DNA of 64,000 bases from Dehalococcoidales bacterium (GTDB taxonomy: Bacteria; Chloroflexota; Dehalococcoidia; Dehalococcoidales; UBA5760). Below are positions 1 through 9,891 of the stretch, in pieces (the first letter of the stretch is position 1; every line of letters begins with the position of its first letter). The stretch covers positions 3,035 through 67,034 of the forward strand of contig DAOULZ010000012.1 in the NCBI GenBank assembly GCA_034414575.1, in the 5' to 3' direction. Both the position numbers and the translations under genes were made by a program. A model generated the notes under the pieces. The model ran no database searches and was not told the origin of the DNA. It was given only the letters and a program-made list of their open reading frames with translations.

Positions 1-2
1 AA

Positions 3-815
3 GCTAATTGGCTTTCAGAGGGGTACGAGTCAGTGGAAGAGGAGGCAAGGTACCGGGCTTACGGACGGGAGATACTGACCAAGTTCTGGCAGGTTCACCA
101 TGTCGACTTCAGGATGCCGCTCGCGGTGGAGCGGATGTTTTATATTGACGTCGCGGGGGTGAAGTTGCGGGGCTATATTGACCGGGTGGATAAGCTGGAG
201 AGCGGTGGGCTATCAATTGTTGACTACAAGACTAATCAGGAGCTCTTCACCCAGGAGGACCTGGAGAGAAATCTTCAGTTGACGCTATATCAGTTGGCGG
301 TTCAGGAGCTCTGGCAGCTTCCGGTTGAGAAGCTCACCTTGTACCACCTGAGGTCGAATACCCCATGTAGCTGTGCTCCGAGGGGAGAACGGCAACTAGC
401 GGCTGCCAGACAGACTGTTCTGGCGGTGGCTGAGGATATTGCCCGGGGGGAGTTTCCGGCGGTTGAGAATCAGTATTGTCCTTGTGATTTTCCGGAACAC
501 TGTCCCTATTACCGCCAGAAGTATCAGGCAGTGAAACCGGAGCTGGCTCGTCAGGGTATCCTGCCGGGACTGGTTGCCAGTGAGGCTGTTGAGGAATACG
601 TTGCGCTTCGAGATCAGATAAAGGACCTTGAGTCGCGACTCGAAGAGGTGAGGCAGGTAATTATCGACTTCTGCCAGGCTGAGGGGTTAAATCGGGTCTT
701 TGGCAAAGAGTATGCCATTACCTACAAGCTGTTAGAGAAGACAGGCTTTGAAGAGGACGAGATTAGGACGCTGCTTGAGCCAGCGGGACTGTGGGAGCAG
801 GTACTTCACCTTTGA
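3..815 (+). CDS. PD-(D/E)XK (RecB/AddB/Cas4-like) nuclease family protein, C-terminal part; 5' end lies outside the window and the 3' end appears frameshifted
   Basis: The frame is open from the window edge. It has the GYIDRVD ... IVDYKT nuclease core and a Cys cluster (C..C ... CPCDFPEHC) typical of Fe-S-bearing RecB-family nuclease domains. Confidence 0.7.
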   Translation, partial: ANWLSEGYESVEEEARYRAYGREILTKFWQVHHVDFRMPLAVERMFYIDVAGVKLRGYIDRVDKLESGGLSIVDYKTNQELFTQEDLERNLQLTLYQLAVQELWQLPVEKLTLYHLRSNTPCSCAPRGERQLAAARQTVLAVAEDIARGEFPAVENQYCPCDFPEHCPYYRQKYQAVKPELARQGILPGLVASEAVEEYVALRDQIKDLESRLEEVRQVIIDFCQAEGLNRVFGKEYAITYKLLEKTGFEEDEIRTLLEPAGLWEQVLHL

Positions 816-967
816 CCCGGCCAAGCTGAAGCAGCTTCTCGATGATGAGAAGATAGCTATGGGTATCAGGCATAAGATAGAGGCCGTGAGACAGGTCATC
901 TCTACTTCTCCGCGGCTGTGGGTTAGACGACTCATTGAAGAAGAGTAGATTTACCCTTTATCTAGGA

Positions 968-1294
968 TTATAAAAGGGCGTCAATCTTGGGCTGAAGTGT
1001 TCGCTCGGGGACGGCACCAATGACAGTATCGGCTACCTCACCGTTCTTAAAGAACATCAGGGTTGGTATTGACATAATCCTGTACTTGGCGGCGGTTTGT
1101 TGATTCTCATCAACGTTTAGACGGCAGAACTTGACCTTGCCATTATAATTGCCCGCCAGGCTCTCGATGACGGGGGCAACCATATGGCAGGGACCACACC
1201 ACGGCGCCCACAGGTCTAACAGTACCGGCAAGCTGGATTTTATGACCTCGCTTTCAAAGGTCTGGTCAGTAACATCTATTATCATGATGCTCAT
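968..1294 (-). CDS. trxA: thioredoxin
   Basis: 108 aa with the canonical WCGPC active site and thioredoxin-length fold. Confidence 0.95.
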   Translation of the reverse strand: MSIMIIDVTDQTFESEVIKSSLPVLLDLWAPWCGPCHMVAPVIESLAGNYNGKVKFCRLNVDENQQTAAKYRIMSIPTLMFFKNGEVADTVIGAVPERTLQPKIDALL

Positions 1295-1425
1295 CTCCCC
1301 TTCAATTCCGTTTCGTTATTCTATGGTAACTCTTCCCGCTTTTATGAGTCAAGGGAAGTACTGAAGACATCAGAATGTTGACCTGGCGAGAGAAAACAAT
1401 TAGACTAGTAACAGGAGAGTAAAAC

Positions 1426-1656
1426 ATGCCGATATATGAGTACCTCTGTTCCAAATGTGGCTGTAAGTTTGAGCTAATACGTCCCATAAGCCAGTCTGAC
1501 AAGGAGGCTCCCTGCCCTCGCTGTCAGCATGAGGCGGGGCGGGTACTCTCCTCCTTCGCCTCCTTTTCTAAGGATAATAGCGGCCTGACCACTCCGGTGG
1601 GGGGTAGCTCCTGTGCCAGTTGCAGTGCCGCTAGCTGTGACAGCTGTAGTCTCTGA
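1426..1656 (+). CDS. FmdB-family zinc-ribbon protein
   Basis: MPIYEYLCSKCG...CPRC N-terminus (CxxC...CxxC) and a Ser/Cys-rich tail, characteristic of the FmdB/CxxC_CxxC_SSSS family. Confidence 0.85.
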   Translation: MPIYEYLCSKCGCKFELIRPISQSDKEAPCPRCQHEAGRVLSSFASFSKDNSGLTTPVGGSSCASCSAASCDSCSL

Positions 1657-1661
1657 CTGAG

Positions 1662-2786
1662 GTGGGTATGTCAGCCGCTATTAATCCCACCAGAACCGGT
1701 GTTGCCAATCTGCCGCTACATTATGGTAGGGCGCCACGCTGGCTCTTTGACCGTATGGTTAAGCTGGCCCGGGAGATAGTGATTGCTATCGTGACTGACT
1801 TCGGTGCCGAGGAGATGCTGCGGCGCCTTTCTGACCCCTACTGGTTTCAGGCTTTCGGGTGCATTCTTGGTTATGACTGGCACTCAAGTGGCGTGACCAC
1901 CACGCTGTGCGGGGCGCTTAAGGAAGGTGTCAGAGGTCTGGAAAGAGAACTTGGCTTATTTGTGGCCGGGGGTAAAGGTAAGACGTCACGTAAGACGCCG
2001 GCTGAAATAGAAGGCTGGGGAAATCTGATTTCTCTAAACCCTACCCCGCTGGTCTATGCCAGCCGCATGTCAGCCAAGGTAGATAGTTCGGCCGTTCAAG
2101 ATGGCTACCAGCTTTATCACCATACCTTTTTGTTTACCACTCGTGGCTCATGGGCAGTCGTCCAGCAGGGGATGAACGAAACCACTCGCTACGCCCGCCG
2201 CTATCACTGGTTGGGGGAGAAGGTGGCTGATTTTGTCAGTGAACCTCACTCCGCCATCCTCTCTGAAGCCAGGGGAGAGGCGTTAAATTTAGTGGCTTCA
2301 GAGTCGGCTCTGGCTCGAACCACCGTTTCTGAGATAGTTACCAACGAGAAGCCTGAGAACGTCTTGGCCGACCTCAGGAGAGTAAAGGTGCTTGACCTGC
2401 CCCCGCGTCACCAGCTAACGGTTCGTGACCTTCATCCGGACAGCCTGAGTAAGATTCTGCTTAGCACTTATGAGCGACAGCCGCGGGGTTTCGAGGAACT
2501 GTTGGGGTTAAGGGGGGTTGGCCCCAAGACCATCCGTGCCCTTAGCCTTATCTCGGAGCTGGTTCACGGGGTGGCTCCCAGCTATCGTGACCCGGCCTGC
2601 TACAGCTTTGCCCACGGGGGTAAGGACGGCATTCCCTATCCGGTGGATAGGGAGACCTATGATACGTCTATTGAACTCTTGAAAAGAGCTATCAGTAAGA
2701 CCAAGCTGGGTATCAGGGAGAAGAATGAGGCGGTGGGGAGATTATACAGATTGGGTAGGGGGACAGTAACTTCTAAGTTAAATTAA
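1662..2786 (+). CDS. DUF763 domain-containing protein
   Basis: The N-terminal LPLHYGRAPRWLFDRMVKLAREI ... DPYWFQAFGCILGYDWHSSG pattern matches my recollection of the DUF763 family. Confidence 0.65.
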   Translation: MGMSAAINPTRTGVANLPLHYGRAPRWLFDRMVKLAREIVIAIVTDFGAEEMLRRLSDPYWFQAFGCILGYDWHSSGVTTTLCGALKEGVRGLERELGLFVAGGKGKTSRKTPAEIEGWGNLISLNPTPLVYASRMSAKVDSSAVQDGYQLYHHTFLFTTRGSWAVVQQGMNETTRYARRYHWLGEKVADFVSEPHSAILSEARGEALNLVASESALARTTVSEIVTNEKPENVLADLRRVKVLDLPPRHQLTVRDLHPDSLSKILLSTYERQPRGFEELLGLRGVGPKTIRALSLISELVHGVAPSYRDPACYSFAHGGKDGIPYPVDRETYDTSIELLKRAISKTKLGIREKNEAVGRLYRLGRGTVTSKLN

Positions 2787-2851
2787 GTGCCGGGGTGCTC
2801 TACGGCCTTTAGCCAATTGTTAACTGAGACTATTATTAAGGGAGGTGTAGC

Positions 2852-3148
2852 ATGTTCTGTCTTGCCTCGCGTTATCAGACGCAGCCTCAGAGTATCGGGG
2901 AAATAGCCCGCATCTTTCGGGAGCAGGCTCTGCCTTTGGTGTCATGCCAGCCGGGATTTAAGGGTGTCTATCTCATGACCAAGGCGACTGGTGAGTTTAT
3001 GGTGCTCAATATCTGGGAGACGGAAGCCCAAGCTAATGCCTGGCCCCAGCACCCGGAGCATCAGAAGATAGTTGCCCAGCTAAAGCCGCTACTAAGCGGT
3101 GCCCCGCAGCGTGATGGTTATGAAGTACCGGCTCATGCTGTCGCCTAG
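2852..3148 (+). CDS. antibiotic-biosynthesis-monooxygenase (ABM)-like small protein
   Basis: 98 aa with a ferredoxin-like ABM pattern (GFKGVYLM...FMVLNIWETEAQANAW). GGAGG RBS upstream. Confidence 0.5.
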   Translation: MFCLASRYQTQPQSIGEIARIFREQALPLVSCQPGFKGVYLMTKATGEFMVLNIWETEAQANAWPQHPEHQKIVAQLKPLLSGAPQRDGYEVPAHAVA

Positions 3149-3155
3149 CCGTTGC

Positions 3156-3872
3156 TTATTTTTGTGGGTCTTTTAGAGGCTTGGCTCTTCCTGTTCTCCG
3201 TAGATATACCAGAGACATACCCAGCAGGGTTCCGGCCACCCCGGTGGTTATCTGACCAAAGAGCAGGGCGGCATCAAACCAGAAGCCCTCGGGGAAGAGC
3301 ATTATCAGATAGTCTGTGGTCGGGTCAAGCATCCAGAGGTCATTGGTGAAAGCCAGGAAGTGGAACTGGAGGAATAGCTGGTTAAAGTCTCCGGCCACGG
3401 CCCCTATTCCGAGCGCCACTATCATGCCCAGGGTAATACTGCTGCCGATAAGCGTTCCCCGGGCGAGATTCCGCCAGTATTTTCGCTTTCGCCAGAAGAG
3501 GCAGATTCCGGCGTAAATCCCGATATAAATTGCCGTTCCCATTAAGAGGCGTGAGTTTAGCTGGAGCAGCGCCTTAACGTCTTTCATGTGGGCCACCTCT
3601 CTCTGGTTAAAGAGCTCAAAGGGCTCGCCATCCTTTAGCACCTTCAGGCTGATATACTCTTCATCGGAGTTAAAGTAGTAGTTGACTATTCCCCTGGCCG
3701 CTTTTTCCAGCTCGGTTTCATCTAGGCCGGTGACTTGGCTGACGTCATATTTTTCAAAACCATTAGTGTATAGCCAGAGACTGCTAAACTCAAGACGAAT
3801 GGTAGCCGTTATGAGCAGGGCAGGTAAGGTTAATATAAACAGCCATTTAGCGATAAGAGCCGGTTTTTTCAT
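3156..3872 (-). CDS. TIGR01906/DUF1461 family integral membrane protein (Lit-like)
   Basis: N-terminal TM helix, REVAHMKDVK motif (E..HM.DV) and C-terminal multi-TM region. Confidence 0.55.
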   Translation of the reverse strand: MKKPALIAKWLFILTLPALLITATIRLEFSSLWLYTNGFEKYDVSQVTGLDETELEKAARGIVNYYFNSDEEYISLKVLKDGEPFELFNQREVAHMKDVKALLQLNSRLLMGTAIYIGIYAGICLFWRKRKYWRNLARGTLIGSSITLGMIVALGIGAVAGDFNQLFLQFHFLAFTNDLWMLDPTTDYLIMLFPEGFWFDAALLFGQITTGVAGTLLGMSLVYLRRTGRAKPLKDPQK

Positions 3873-3959
3873 AATCGTTTTCGCTTAATATTACTAGGGA
3901 TTTTACCACTGTTATCTCATAAAGAAGGATAGTTTGGCAACAAACCGGGTGCTATCCTG

Positions 3960-3968
3960 TGCTATAAT
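3960..3968 (+). promoter_or_regulatory. possible extended -10 promoter element (TGcTATAAT) upstream of dnaE
   Basis: TGCTATAAT lies 31 nt upstream of the dnaE start. No good -35 is present. Confidence 0.3.
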
Positions 3969-3998
3969 ATTGGCGAATTTCCGGCATCAGGAGGCGGC

Positions 3999-6900
3999 AT
4001 GTTCACTCACCTCCACGTTCATACCGAATACAGCTTACTTGACGGCATGTGTCGTATTTCCCAGCTGGTTAAGCGAGCTAAGGAACTGGGTATGGACAGT
4101 CTGGCGATAACTGACCACGGGGCTCTTTACGGTGCCATTGAATTTTACGTTGCTGCTAGAGAGGCAGGGATAAAGCCCATCATTGGCTGTGAGGTCTATC
4201 TTACCCCCGGTAGCCGCTTCGACCGTGGCGCCGGGGATAAAGATAATTATCACCTGATTCTACTGGCTAAGGATCAGACAGGCTATCAGAATCTGATTCA
4301 GTTGATCACCAAAGCCAACCTTGAGGGCTTCTACTACCGGCCGCGGATAGATAAGGAGCTTCTTACCGAATTCAGTCAGGGTCTCATCGGCCTCTCCGCC
4401 TGCATTGGTGGTGAGGTGCCTCGTCTGATTCTGGAGGGGCGTCTCGATACGGCGAAGGAGACTGCCTTGTGGTATAGGCAGGTATTGGGTGATTTTTATC
4501 TGGAGATACAGAGACACCCCATTGCCGAGCTGGAGCAGATAAATCAGGTTTTAATTAATATGAGCCGTGAACTGGATATCCCCCTGGTGGCAACCAGCGA
4601 CGTCCACTATCTTAAGCGTGAGGATGCTGAGGCCCACGACCTTCTGCTGTGTATCGGGCGTAACACCTCTATCCATGACGAGAAGAGATTTAGGATGCCC
4701 GGGGACTTCTTCTATCTCAGGAGCCCGGAGGAGATGGCCGAGCTTTACCGTGATATACCCGAGGCGCTGGAAAATACCGAGCGTATTGCCGCTATGTGCC
4801 ATCTGGAACTTGATTTTGAGCGGCTGTATCTCCCCGAGATTGACCTGCCTCCAGGTAAAACCGCCGACCAGTTCTTGGCTGACCTCTGTTATCAGGGCTT
4901 ACCCCAGCGCTATCTGCAGCTGACTGCGGAGATAAAGGAGCGCCTTGACTATGAATTAGAGGTAATAAGGAAAACCAAGTTTGCCAACTACTTTCTGGTT
5001 GTCTGGGATATCATCTCATTCACCAGGAAGCACAATATTTTGTTTGGGGTTAGAGGTAGTGCCGCCGCTAGCATTGTTCTTTATTGTCTGGGTATCACCG
5101 GGATTGACCCCATCGAGCACAAACTGGTCTTTGAGCGCTTTCTTAATATGGAGCGTAAGGAGATGCCCGATATTGACCTGGATTTTGAGGACGAGCGTCG
5201 TGACGAGGTGATTAACTATGTGTCGCAGAAATATGGGCAGGACCACGTGGCTCAGATTATCACCTTCGGCACCTTGGGGGCTAGGGCCGCCCTTAGGGAT
5301 GTGGGGCGGGCTTTAGGTATGTCTTACAGCGAGGTTGACCGCGTCGCTAGGCTGGTCCCCTTTGCTCCGGGCATGACCTTAGCTCGGGCCCTTGAGGAGA
5401 ATGGCGAACTCGGGAGTATCTACCGGGAGGATAATATAATTCGTAATCTGGTTGATTCGGCTCGAAAAGTAGAGGGAATCGCCCGCCATGCCAGCACCCA
5501 CGCTGCCGGTGTGGTTATCTCTAAAGAGCCGCTTACCAAATATGTTCCCTTGCAGAGGGTAAGCAAGGGTAATGCTCAGGAAGCGGTTATGACCCAGTTT
5601 AGCATGGGCGACATTGCTCGCATTGGGCTGCTCAAAATGGATTTCTTGGGTTTAGCTAATCTCACTATTCTGGGTAAGGCGAGGGAGATTATCTCTCATC
5701 AGCGTGGTGTCGAGGTTGACCTGGCTAGTCTCCCTATGGATGACGTCAAAACCTTTGCCCTGCTTGCTTCAGGGGAGACGGCGGGTGTGTTTCAGTTAGA
5801 GGGGGCGGGCATGCGCCGTTACATCAAGGAGCTTAAACCCACCAATTTTAGCGATATTGCAGCTATGGTGGCTCTGTATCGCCCGGGACCGATGGAGCAC
5901 ATTCCGACCTTCATCAAAGCTAAGCGCGGTATTGAGCCCATCCGTTATCCCCACCCGGAGCTAACCAGCATCCTGGAAGAGACCTATGGGGTGATTGTCT
6001 ACCAGGATCAGGTGTTATTTATCGTACAGGCCTTCGCTGGTTATAGTCTGGGGGAGGCTGATATCTTCCGTAAGGCAATGGGTAAAAAGATTCCCCAGGT
6101 TATGAAAAAGGAAAGGCGTAGCTTCATCAGTCGCGCTGAGAAAAATGGATTTCCTGCTGAGGTTGCCGAAGAGGTCTTTAACCTTATTGAGCCCTTTGCT
6201 GGTTACGCCTTTAATAAGGCCCACAGTGTAAGTTATGCCCTGATTGCCTATCAGACTGCCTATCTCAAGGCAAACTACCCGGCAGAATATATGACTGCTT
6301 TTCTGGTCACTAATGCCGGCCAGTCGGATAAGGTGGCCAGCGCAGTTAGTGAGTGTCGCCGCTTGGGTATAGCTATCTTACCGCCCGATATAAATCGCAG
6401 TCGGGCAAGCTTTGCTATAGAAATGGATGGTAACTACGCACCTGCCATCCGTTTCGGGCTAACAGCTATCAAGAACGTTGGGCTTAGTGCGGTTAAGCCT
6501 ATTATCGCTGAGCGTGACCAGGGGGGTGAGTATAAGTCGATTGAGGATTTGTGCCATCGTGCTGACCTAGTTGGAGTGAATCGGCGAACCCTGGAAAGCT
6601 TAATTAAGGCTGGGGCTCTGGACTGCTTGGGTAGCCGAGGTAGTTTACTGGGGAGCATAGGTAGTATCTTGTCTTTGGCTCAGCGGGAACAGCGTCTCAG
6701 AGAGACAGGGCAGGCTACCATGTTTGACCTGTGGGGTAAGGAGGTGCCGGTGCCTGTGCCTGGCCTTGACCTCGATTCCTCCGACATCCCGGTTCGGGAG
6801 AAGTTAGCTTGGGAGAAGGAGCTCTTGGGGGTCTACCTCTCCGAGCACCCTTTCAGTTCCATGGCTAATAGGGGGAGCGCGCTCAATCTTGATATAACAT

Positions 6901-7514
6901 TGTGCGGTCAGATTGATGCTGAGTTGGCAGGACAGGCTGTCGCCGTGGCCGGAATTGTGGCTTCGGTTCGCTACCTGTTTACCAGAGATGGGCGACCCTT
7001 TGCTAGGGCTGTTCTAGAAGACCTCGATGGTAGGATTGAGGTCATGGTCTGGCCCAAAGTCTATGCTGAGGCTAAAGACCTGTGGCAGGAAGGTAATATA
7101 CTATTAGTTGAAGGCAAGGTGTGGCTGAGTAATGATCAGGTGCAACTGAACTGTGACTCGGTTCGTGACTATCAGCCAGAAGTGGCTCCGGTTGGGGAAT
7201 TGGTTCCCTCTGAACCCCAAACAGCCCTGGCGGTGAATGTGGTAGCCGAGGAGCCGGCGGCTCCGGTAATAAGCCGCAGACTGATGATAAGCCTTACTCA
7301 GAGTCAGGATAAGGATAGTGATGTCACCCTGCTCAGGAAGCTGGTTGATATCTTAAATGAGTTCCCGGGGGGGGACGAGGTTAGCCTTAGGGTGATCAAT
7401 GAGTCAAAGGTTACCCATCTTAAGCTGACTAACCTGACTGTTAGCTACGATGCGCAGCTTCATGAGAGAATCGCCGGGTTGGTTGGCGAGGAAGGTCTGA
7501 TGGTAGAGCCGTGA
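3999..7514 (+). CDS. dnaE: DNA polymerase III subunit alpha
   Basis: 1171 aa with an N-terminal PHP domain (FTHLHVHTEYSLLDG), a pol III alpha core, HhH and a C-terminal OB fold. Confidence 0.97.
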   Translation: MFTHLHVHTEYSLLDGMCRISQLVKRAKELGMDSLAITDHGALYGAIEFYVAAREAGIKPIIGCEVYLTPGSRFDRGAGDKDNYHLILLAKDQTGYQNLIQLITKANLEGFYYRPRIDKELLTEFSQGLIGLSACIGGEVPRLILEGRLDTAKETALWYRQVLGDFYLEIQRHPIAELEQINQVLINMSRELDIPLVATSDVHYLKREDAEAHDLLLCIGRNTSIHDEKRFRMPGDFFYLRSPEEMAELYRDIPEALENTERIAAMCHLELDFERLYLPEIDLPPGKTADQFLADLCYQGLPQRYLQLTAEIKERLDYELEVIRKTKFANYFLVVWDIISFTRKHNILFGVRGSAAASIVLYCLGITGIDPIEHKLVFERFLNMERKEMPDIDLDFEDERRDEVINYVSQKYGQDHVAQIITFGTLGARAALRDVGRALGMSYSEVDRVARLVPFAPGMTLARALEENGELGSIYREDNIIRNLVDSARKVEGIARHASTHAAGVVISKEPLTKYVPLQRVSKGNAQEAVMTQFSMGDIARIGLLKMDFLGLANLTILGKAREIISHQRGVEVDLASLPMDDVKTFALLASGETAGVFQLEGAGMRRYIKELKPTNFSDIAAMVALYRPGPMEHIPTFIKAKRGIEPIRYPHPELTSILEETYGVIVYQDQVLFIVQAFAGYSLGEADIFRKAMGKKIPQVMKKERRSFISRAEKNGFPAEVAEEVFNLIEPFAGYAFNKAHSVSYALIAYQTAYLKANYPAEYMTAFLVTNAGQSDKVASAVSECRRLGIAILPPDINRSRASFAIEMDGNYAPAIRFGLTAIKNVGLSAVKPIIAERDQGGEYKSIEDLCHRADLVGVNRRTLESLIKAGALDCLGSRGSLLGSIGSILSLAQREQRLRETGQATMFDLWGKEVPVPVPGLDLDSSDIPVREKLAWEKELLGVYLSEHPFSSMANRGSALNLDITLCGQIDAELAGQAVAVAGIVASVRYLFTRDGRPFARAVLEDLDGRIEVMVWPKVYAEAKDLWQEGNILLVEGKVWLSNDQVQLNCDSVRDYQPEVAPVGELVPSEPQTALAVNVVAEEPAAPVISRRLMISLTQSQDKDSDVTLLRKLVDILNEFPGGDEVSLRVINESKVTHLKLTNLTVSYDAQLHERIAGLVGEEGLMVEP

Positions 7515-7545
7515 CTCAATTTTTGATCATCTATCGGGGTGAGGA

Positions 7546-8325
7546 ATGACTTCAAAGGGCAATTTGCAGGGTCATAGAAAGAGATTGCGGGAACGCTTTC
7601 TTAAAGGGGGGCTGGCTGGCTTCCATGACTACGAGGTTGTTGAATTGCTCCTGAGTCTGGGAACGCCGCGCCGGGACTGTAAGCAACCGGCCAAAGAGGC
7701 CATCAGGAGATTCAAAACTCTGCGGGGTGTTCTAGAGGCCTCACTTGAGGACCTGCAGGAGATAGACGGTATCGGTCCCCATAACGCCTTTGGCATTAAG
7801 CTAATGCAGGAAGTAGCCCGAAAGTTCCTCAGGGAAAGGATTGTTGATAAGCCGGTATACACCTCCTCGCAGGAGATTTTTGATTTTCTCTACCATTCCA
7901 TGAGAGACCTCAAGAAGGAGACCTTTAGGGTCATCTATCTCAACAGTCAGAACCAGATTATTGATATTGCTGACCTGTTTGAAGGGACGGTAAATATCAG
8001 TGTGGTTCACCCTCGTGAGGTTATCGAGGGTGCCCTGCGCCACAACGCGGTTTCCCTGATTTTTGTCCATAACCACCCCTCCGGTAACCCGGCACCGAGT
8101 CAGAATGATAAAGCGGTGACCAGAGAATTGGTTCATGCCGGCAGTATTATGCAGATTAAGGTGCTGGACCATATCATCATCGGTGATAACACCTACTTCA
8201 GCTTCGCCGGCGAGGGCTTAATTGAGGAATACGAGCTTGACTTTTTAACCATGAAAGCCAGAGCGGCTTCCAGGACCAGGCGGAGACCGAGTAAAGGTAG
8301 CGTGTCCCATATCGAGCCTGATTAG
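7546..8325 (+). CDS. radC: RadC-family JAB/MPN domain protein
   Basis: HhH region (LQEIDGIGP) and JAMM motif HNHPSGNPAPSQND. Confidence 0.9.
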   Translation: MTSKGNLQGHRKRLRERFLKGGLAGFHDYEVVELLLSLGTPRRDCKQPAKEAIRRFKTLRGVLEASLEDLQEIDGIGPHNAFGIKLMQEVARKFLRERIVDKPVYTSSQEIFDFLYHSMRDLKKETFRVIYLNSQNQIIDIADLFEGTVNISVVHPREVIEGALRHNAVSLIFVHNHPSGNPAPSQNDKAVTRELVHAGSIMQIKVLDHIIIGDNTYFSFAGEGLIEEYELDFLTMKARAASRTRRRPSKGSVSHIEPD

Positions 8326-8391
8326 GGCTCAAGAGCTGGCACTGATGGTATCTGGCTACATATATTGACATTTGTCTTTTAAATTCCCCTA

Positions 8392-8420
8392 TTGCATGAG
8401 CTTGACAAACGTGATATAAT
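8392..8420 (+). promoter_or_regulatory. sigma70-type promoter for the second radC paralogue
   Basis: TTGCAT (8392-8397), a 17-nt spacer containing TG, then TATAAT (8415-8420), about 80 nt upstream of the TTG start at 8503. Confidence 0.5.
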
Positions 8421-8502
8421 ATATCCCTAAGGTGTGACAGTTGACAAGTAACGTTTATGCCATTTGATAGGTAGCCATTAGTATAGAGGTGGTGGTGTAG
8501 CG

Positions 8503-9300
8503 TTGGCGAATGCGGATTCTGGCTTGTTTGCCAGAAAGGATCAGTTCTTGACGTCGCTTCAGAGGCGGTTTCTCCGAACAGGTCTTGAGGGGCTTAATTA
8601 CCGCAGAATTATTGAATTGCTTATTTCATCTCCAGACCTGACTCCGGTGGAGTGTCGAAGGCTAGCCGGAGAAGTTGTGCAGAGATACAAGACTCCGAGG
8701 GAGCTGGTGGCTGCCAGCGACGGGGAGCTAAGTCAGATCGGGGTTACGCCACATGGTCTGCTCCATATCAAGTTTGTGCGGGAAGTGGCTGGAGAAGTTC
8801 TCAAGGAGGGGATTACAAGCCAGCTTGTTTATAACTCGCCACAGGACATTTTTGACTATCTTATCTACTCCATGAGGGATCTCAAGAATGAGGTGTTCAA
8901 GGCGCTCTATCTCGATAGCCGTGGCCAGATTGTCGGTGTTGAGGATGTGTTCAGTGGCGAAGCGGAATCCATTGCCATCAATTTCCGGGTTATTACGGAG
9001 CGGGCTATCAAGCACGGTGCTCAAGGTATCGTGTTTGCTCATAATCATACCTCAGGTGACCCCACTCCCAGCCACTCTGATAAAGAGCTAACTAGAGAAC
9101 TGGTCTTTATGGGGATTATTCTGCAAATCAGGGTTTTGGATCACCTTGTCATTGGCGAGAATAGTTACTTCAGCTTTGCTGAGGGGGGGCTGATTAAAAG
9201 ATACGAGGATATTTTCCTGAATCTAAAGATCAAAAGTATGGCTGCTACCGTAGGGAAGCGCTTCAGTATAGCCTATCGACCTTATGCTCAAGTGAGGTGA
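8503..9300 (+). CDS. second RadC-family JAB/MPN domain protein (paralogue)
   Basis: Same architecture as the upstream gene. The JAMM motif is HNHTSGDPTPSHSD. TTG start. Confidence 0.85.
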   Translation: MANADSGLFARKDQFLTSLQRRFLRTGLEGLNYRRIIELLISSPDLTPVECRRLAGEVVQRYKTPRELVAASDGELSQIGVTPHGLLHIKFVREVAGEVLKEGITSQLVYNSPQDIFDYLIYSMRDLKNEVFKALYLDSRGQIVGVEDVFSGEAESIAINFRVITERAIKHGAQGIVFAHNHTSGDPTPSHSDKELTRELVFMGIILQIRVLDHLVIGENSYFSFAEGGLIKRYEDIFLNLKIKSMAATVGKRFSIAYRPYAQVR

Positions 9301-9332
9301 TGGGCAGCTGCAATTAGGGGGGCTTGGAGCAT

Positions 9333-9869
9333 TTAGGTGTGGTGCTGGGTGTTATCATGGTTACTGCTTACTAGAGTCTCCAGATGAAGAAGATACCTCT
9401 TCATTGTTAATCCACCGCTGAAGCCACCAAGCTTGCCATCATTATTTACTACCCGGTGACACGGGATGATAATCGGCATCGGGTTTCTCCCCAGAGCCTG
9501 CCCGACAGCTCGGCTAGCTCCTGGTTTCCCAATCTGTTTCGCTATCCAGCTATAGCTTGTGGTATTGCCATAGGGAATAAGCCTGGTTGCTTGCCATACC
9601 TGGCACTGAAAGGGAGTGGCGCCAGCGAGGTCAAGCTCGTCAGTGAAGTCTACCTTGCCCCCGTTAAAATAGGCTTGGAAACGCTCTATTAAGCTGGCAA
9701 ACAGATGGGGCGACGGCTCGGCGTAGTTTGTGGGCTTACCTAGTAAGCGGCGGGCGTCTTTGGTTGAGGGCTGGGGCAGGGTAGCTCGCCAGATTCCCTT
9801 ACTTGAGCCTAGTATCCCTACCCAGCCCATTTTGGTATCAAAGATTGCGTATTTTAGCTCTCCGGGCAT
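9333..9869 (-). CDS. ogt: methylated-DNA--protein-cysteine methyltransferase
   Basis: Active-site IPCHRVV motif and a preceding helix-turn-helix segment (TTSYSWIAKQIG). Confidence 0.9.
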   Translation of the reverse strand: MPGELKYAIFDTKMGWVGILGSSKGIWRATLPQPSTKDARRLLGKPTNYAEPSPHLFASLIERFQAYFNGGKVDFTDELDLAGATPFQCQVWQATRLIPYGNTTSYSWIAKQIGKPGASRAVGQALGRNPMPIIIPCHRVVNNDGKLGGFSGGLTMKRYLLHLETLVSSNHDNTQHHT

Positions 9870-9891
9870 TTGATTTCTTAATAAACTATGC

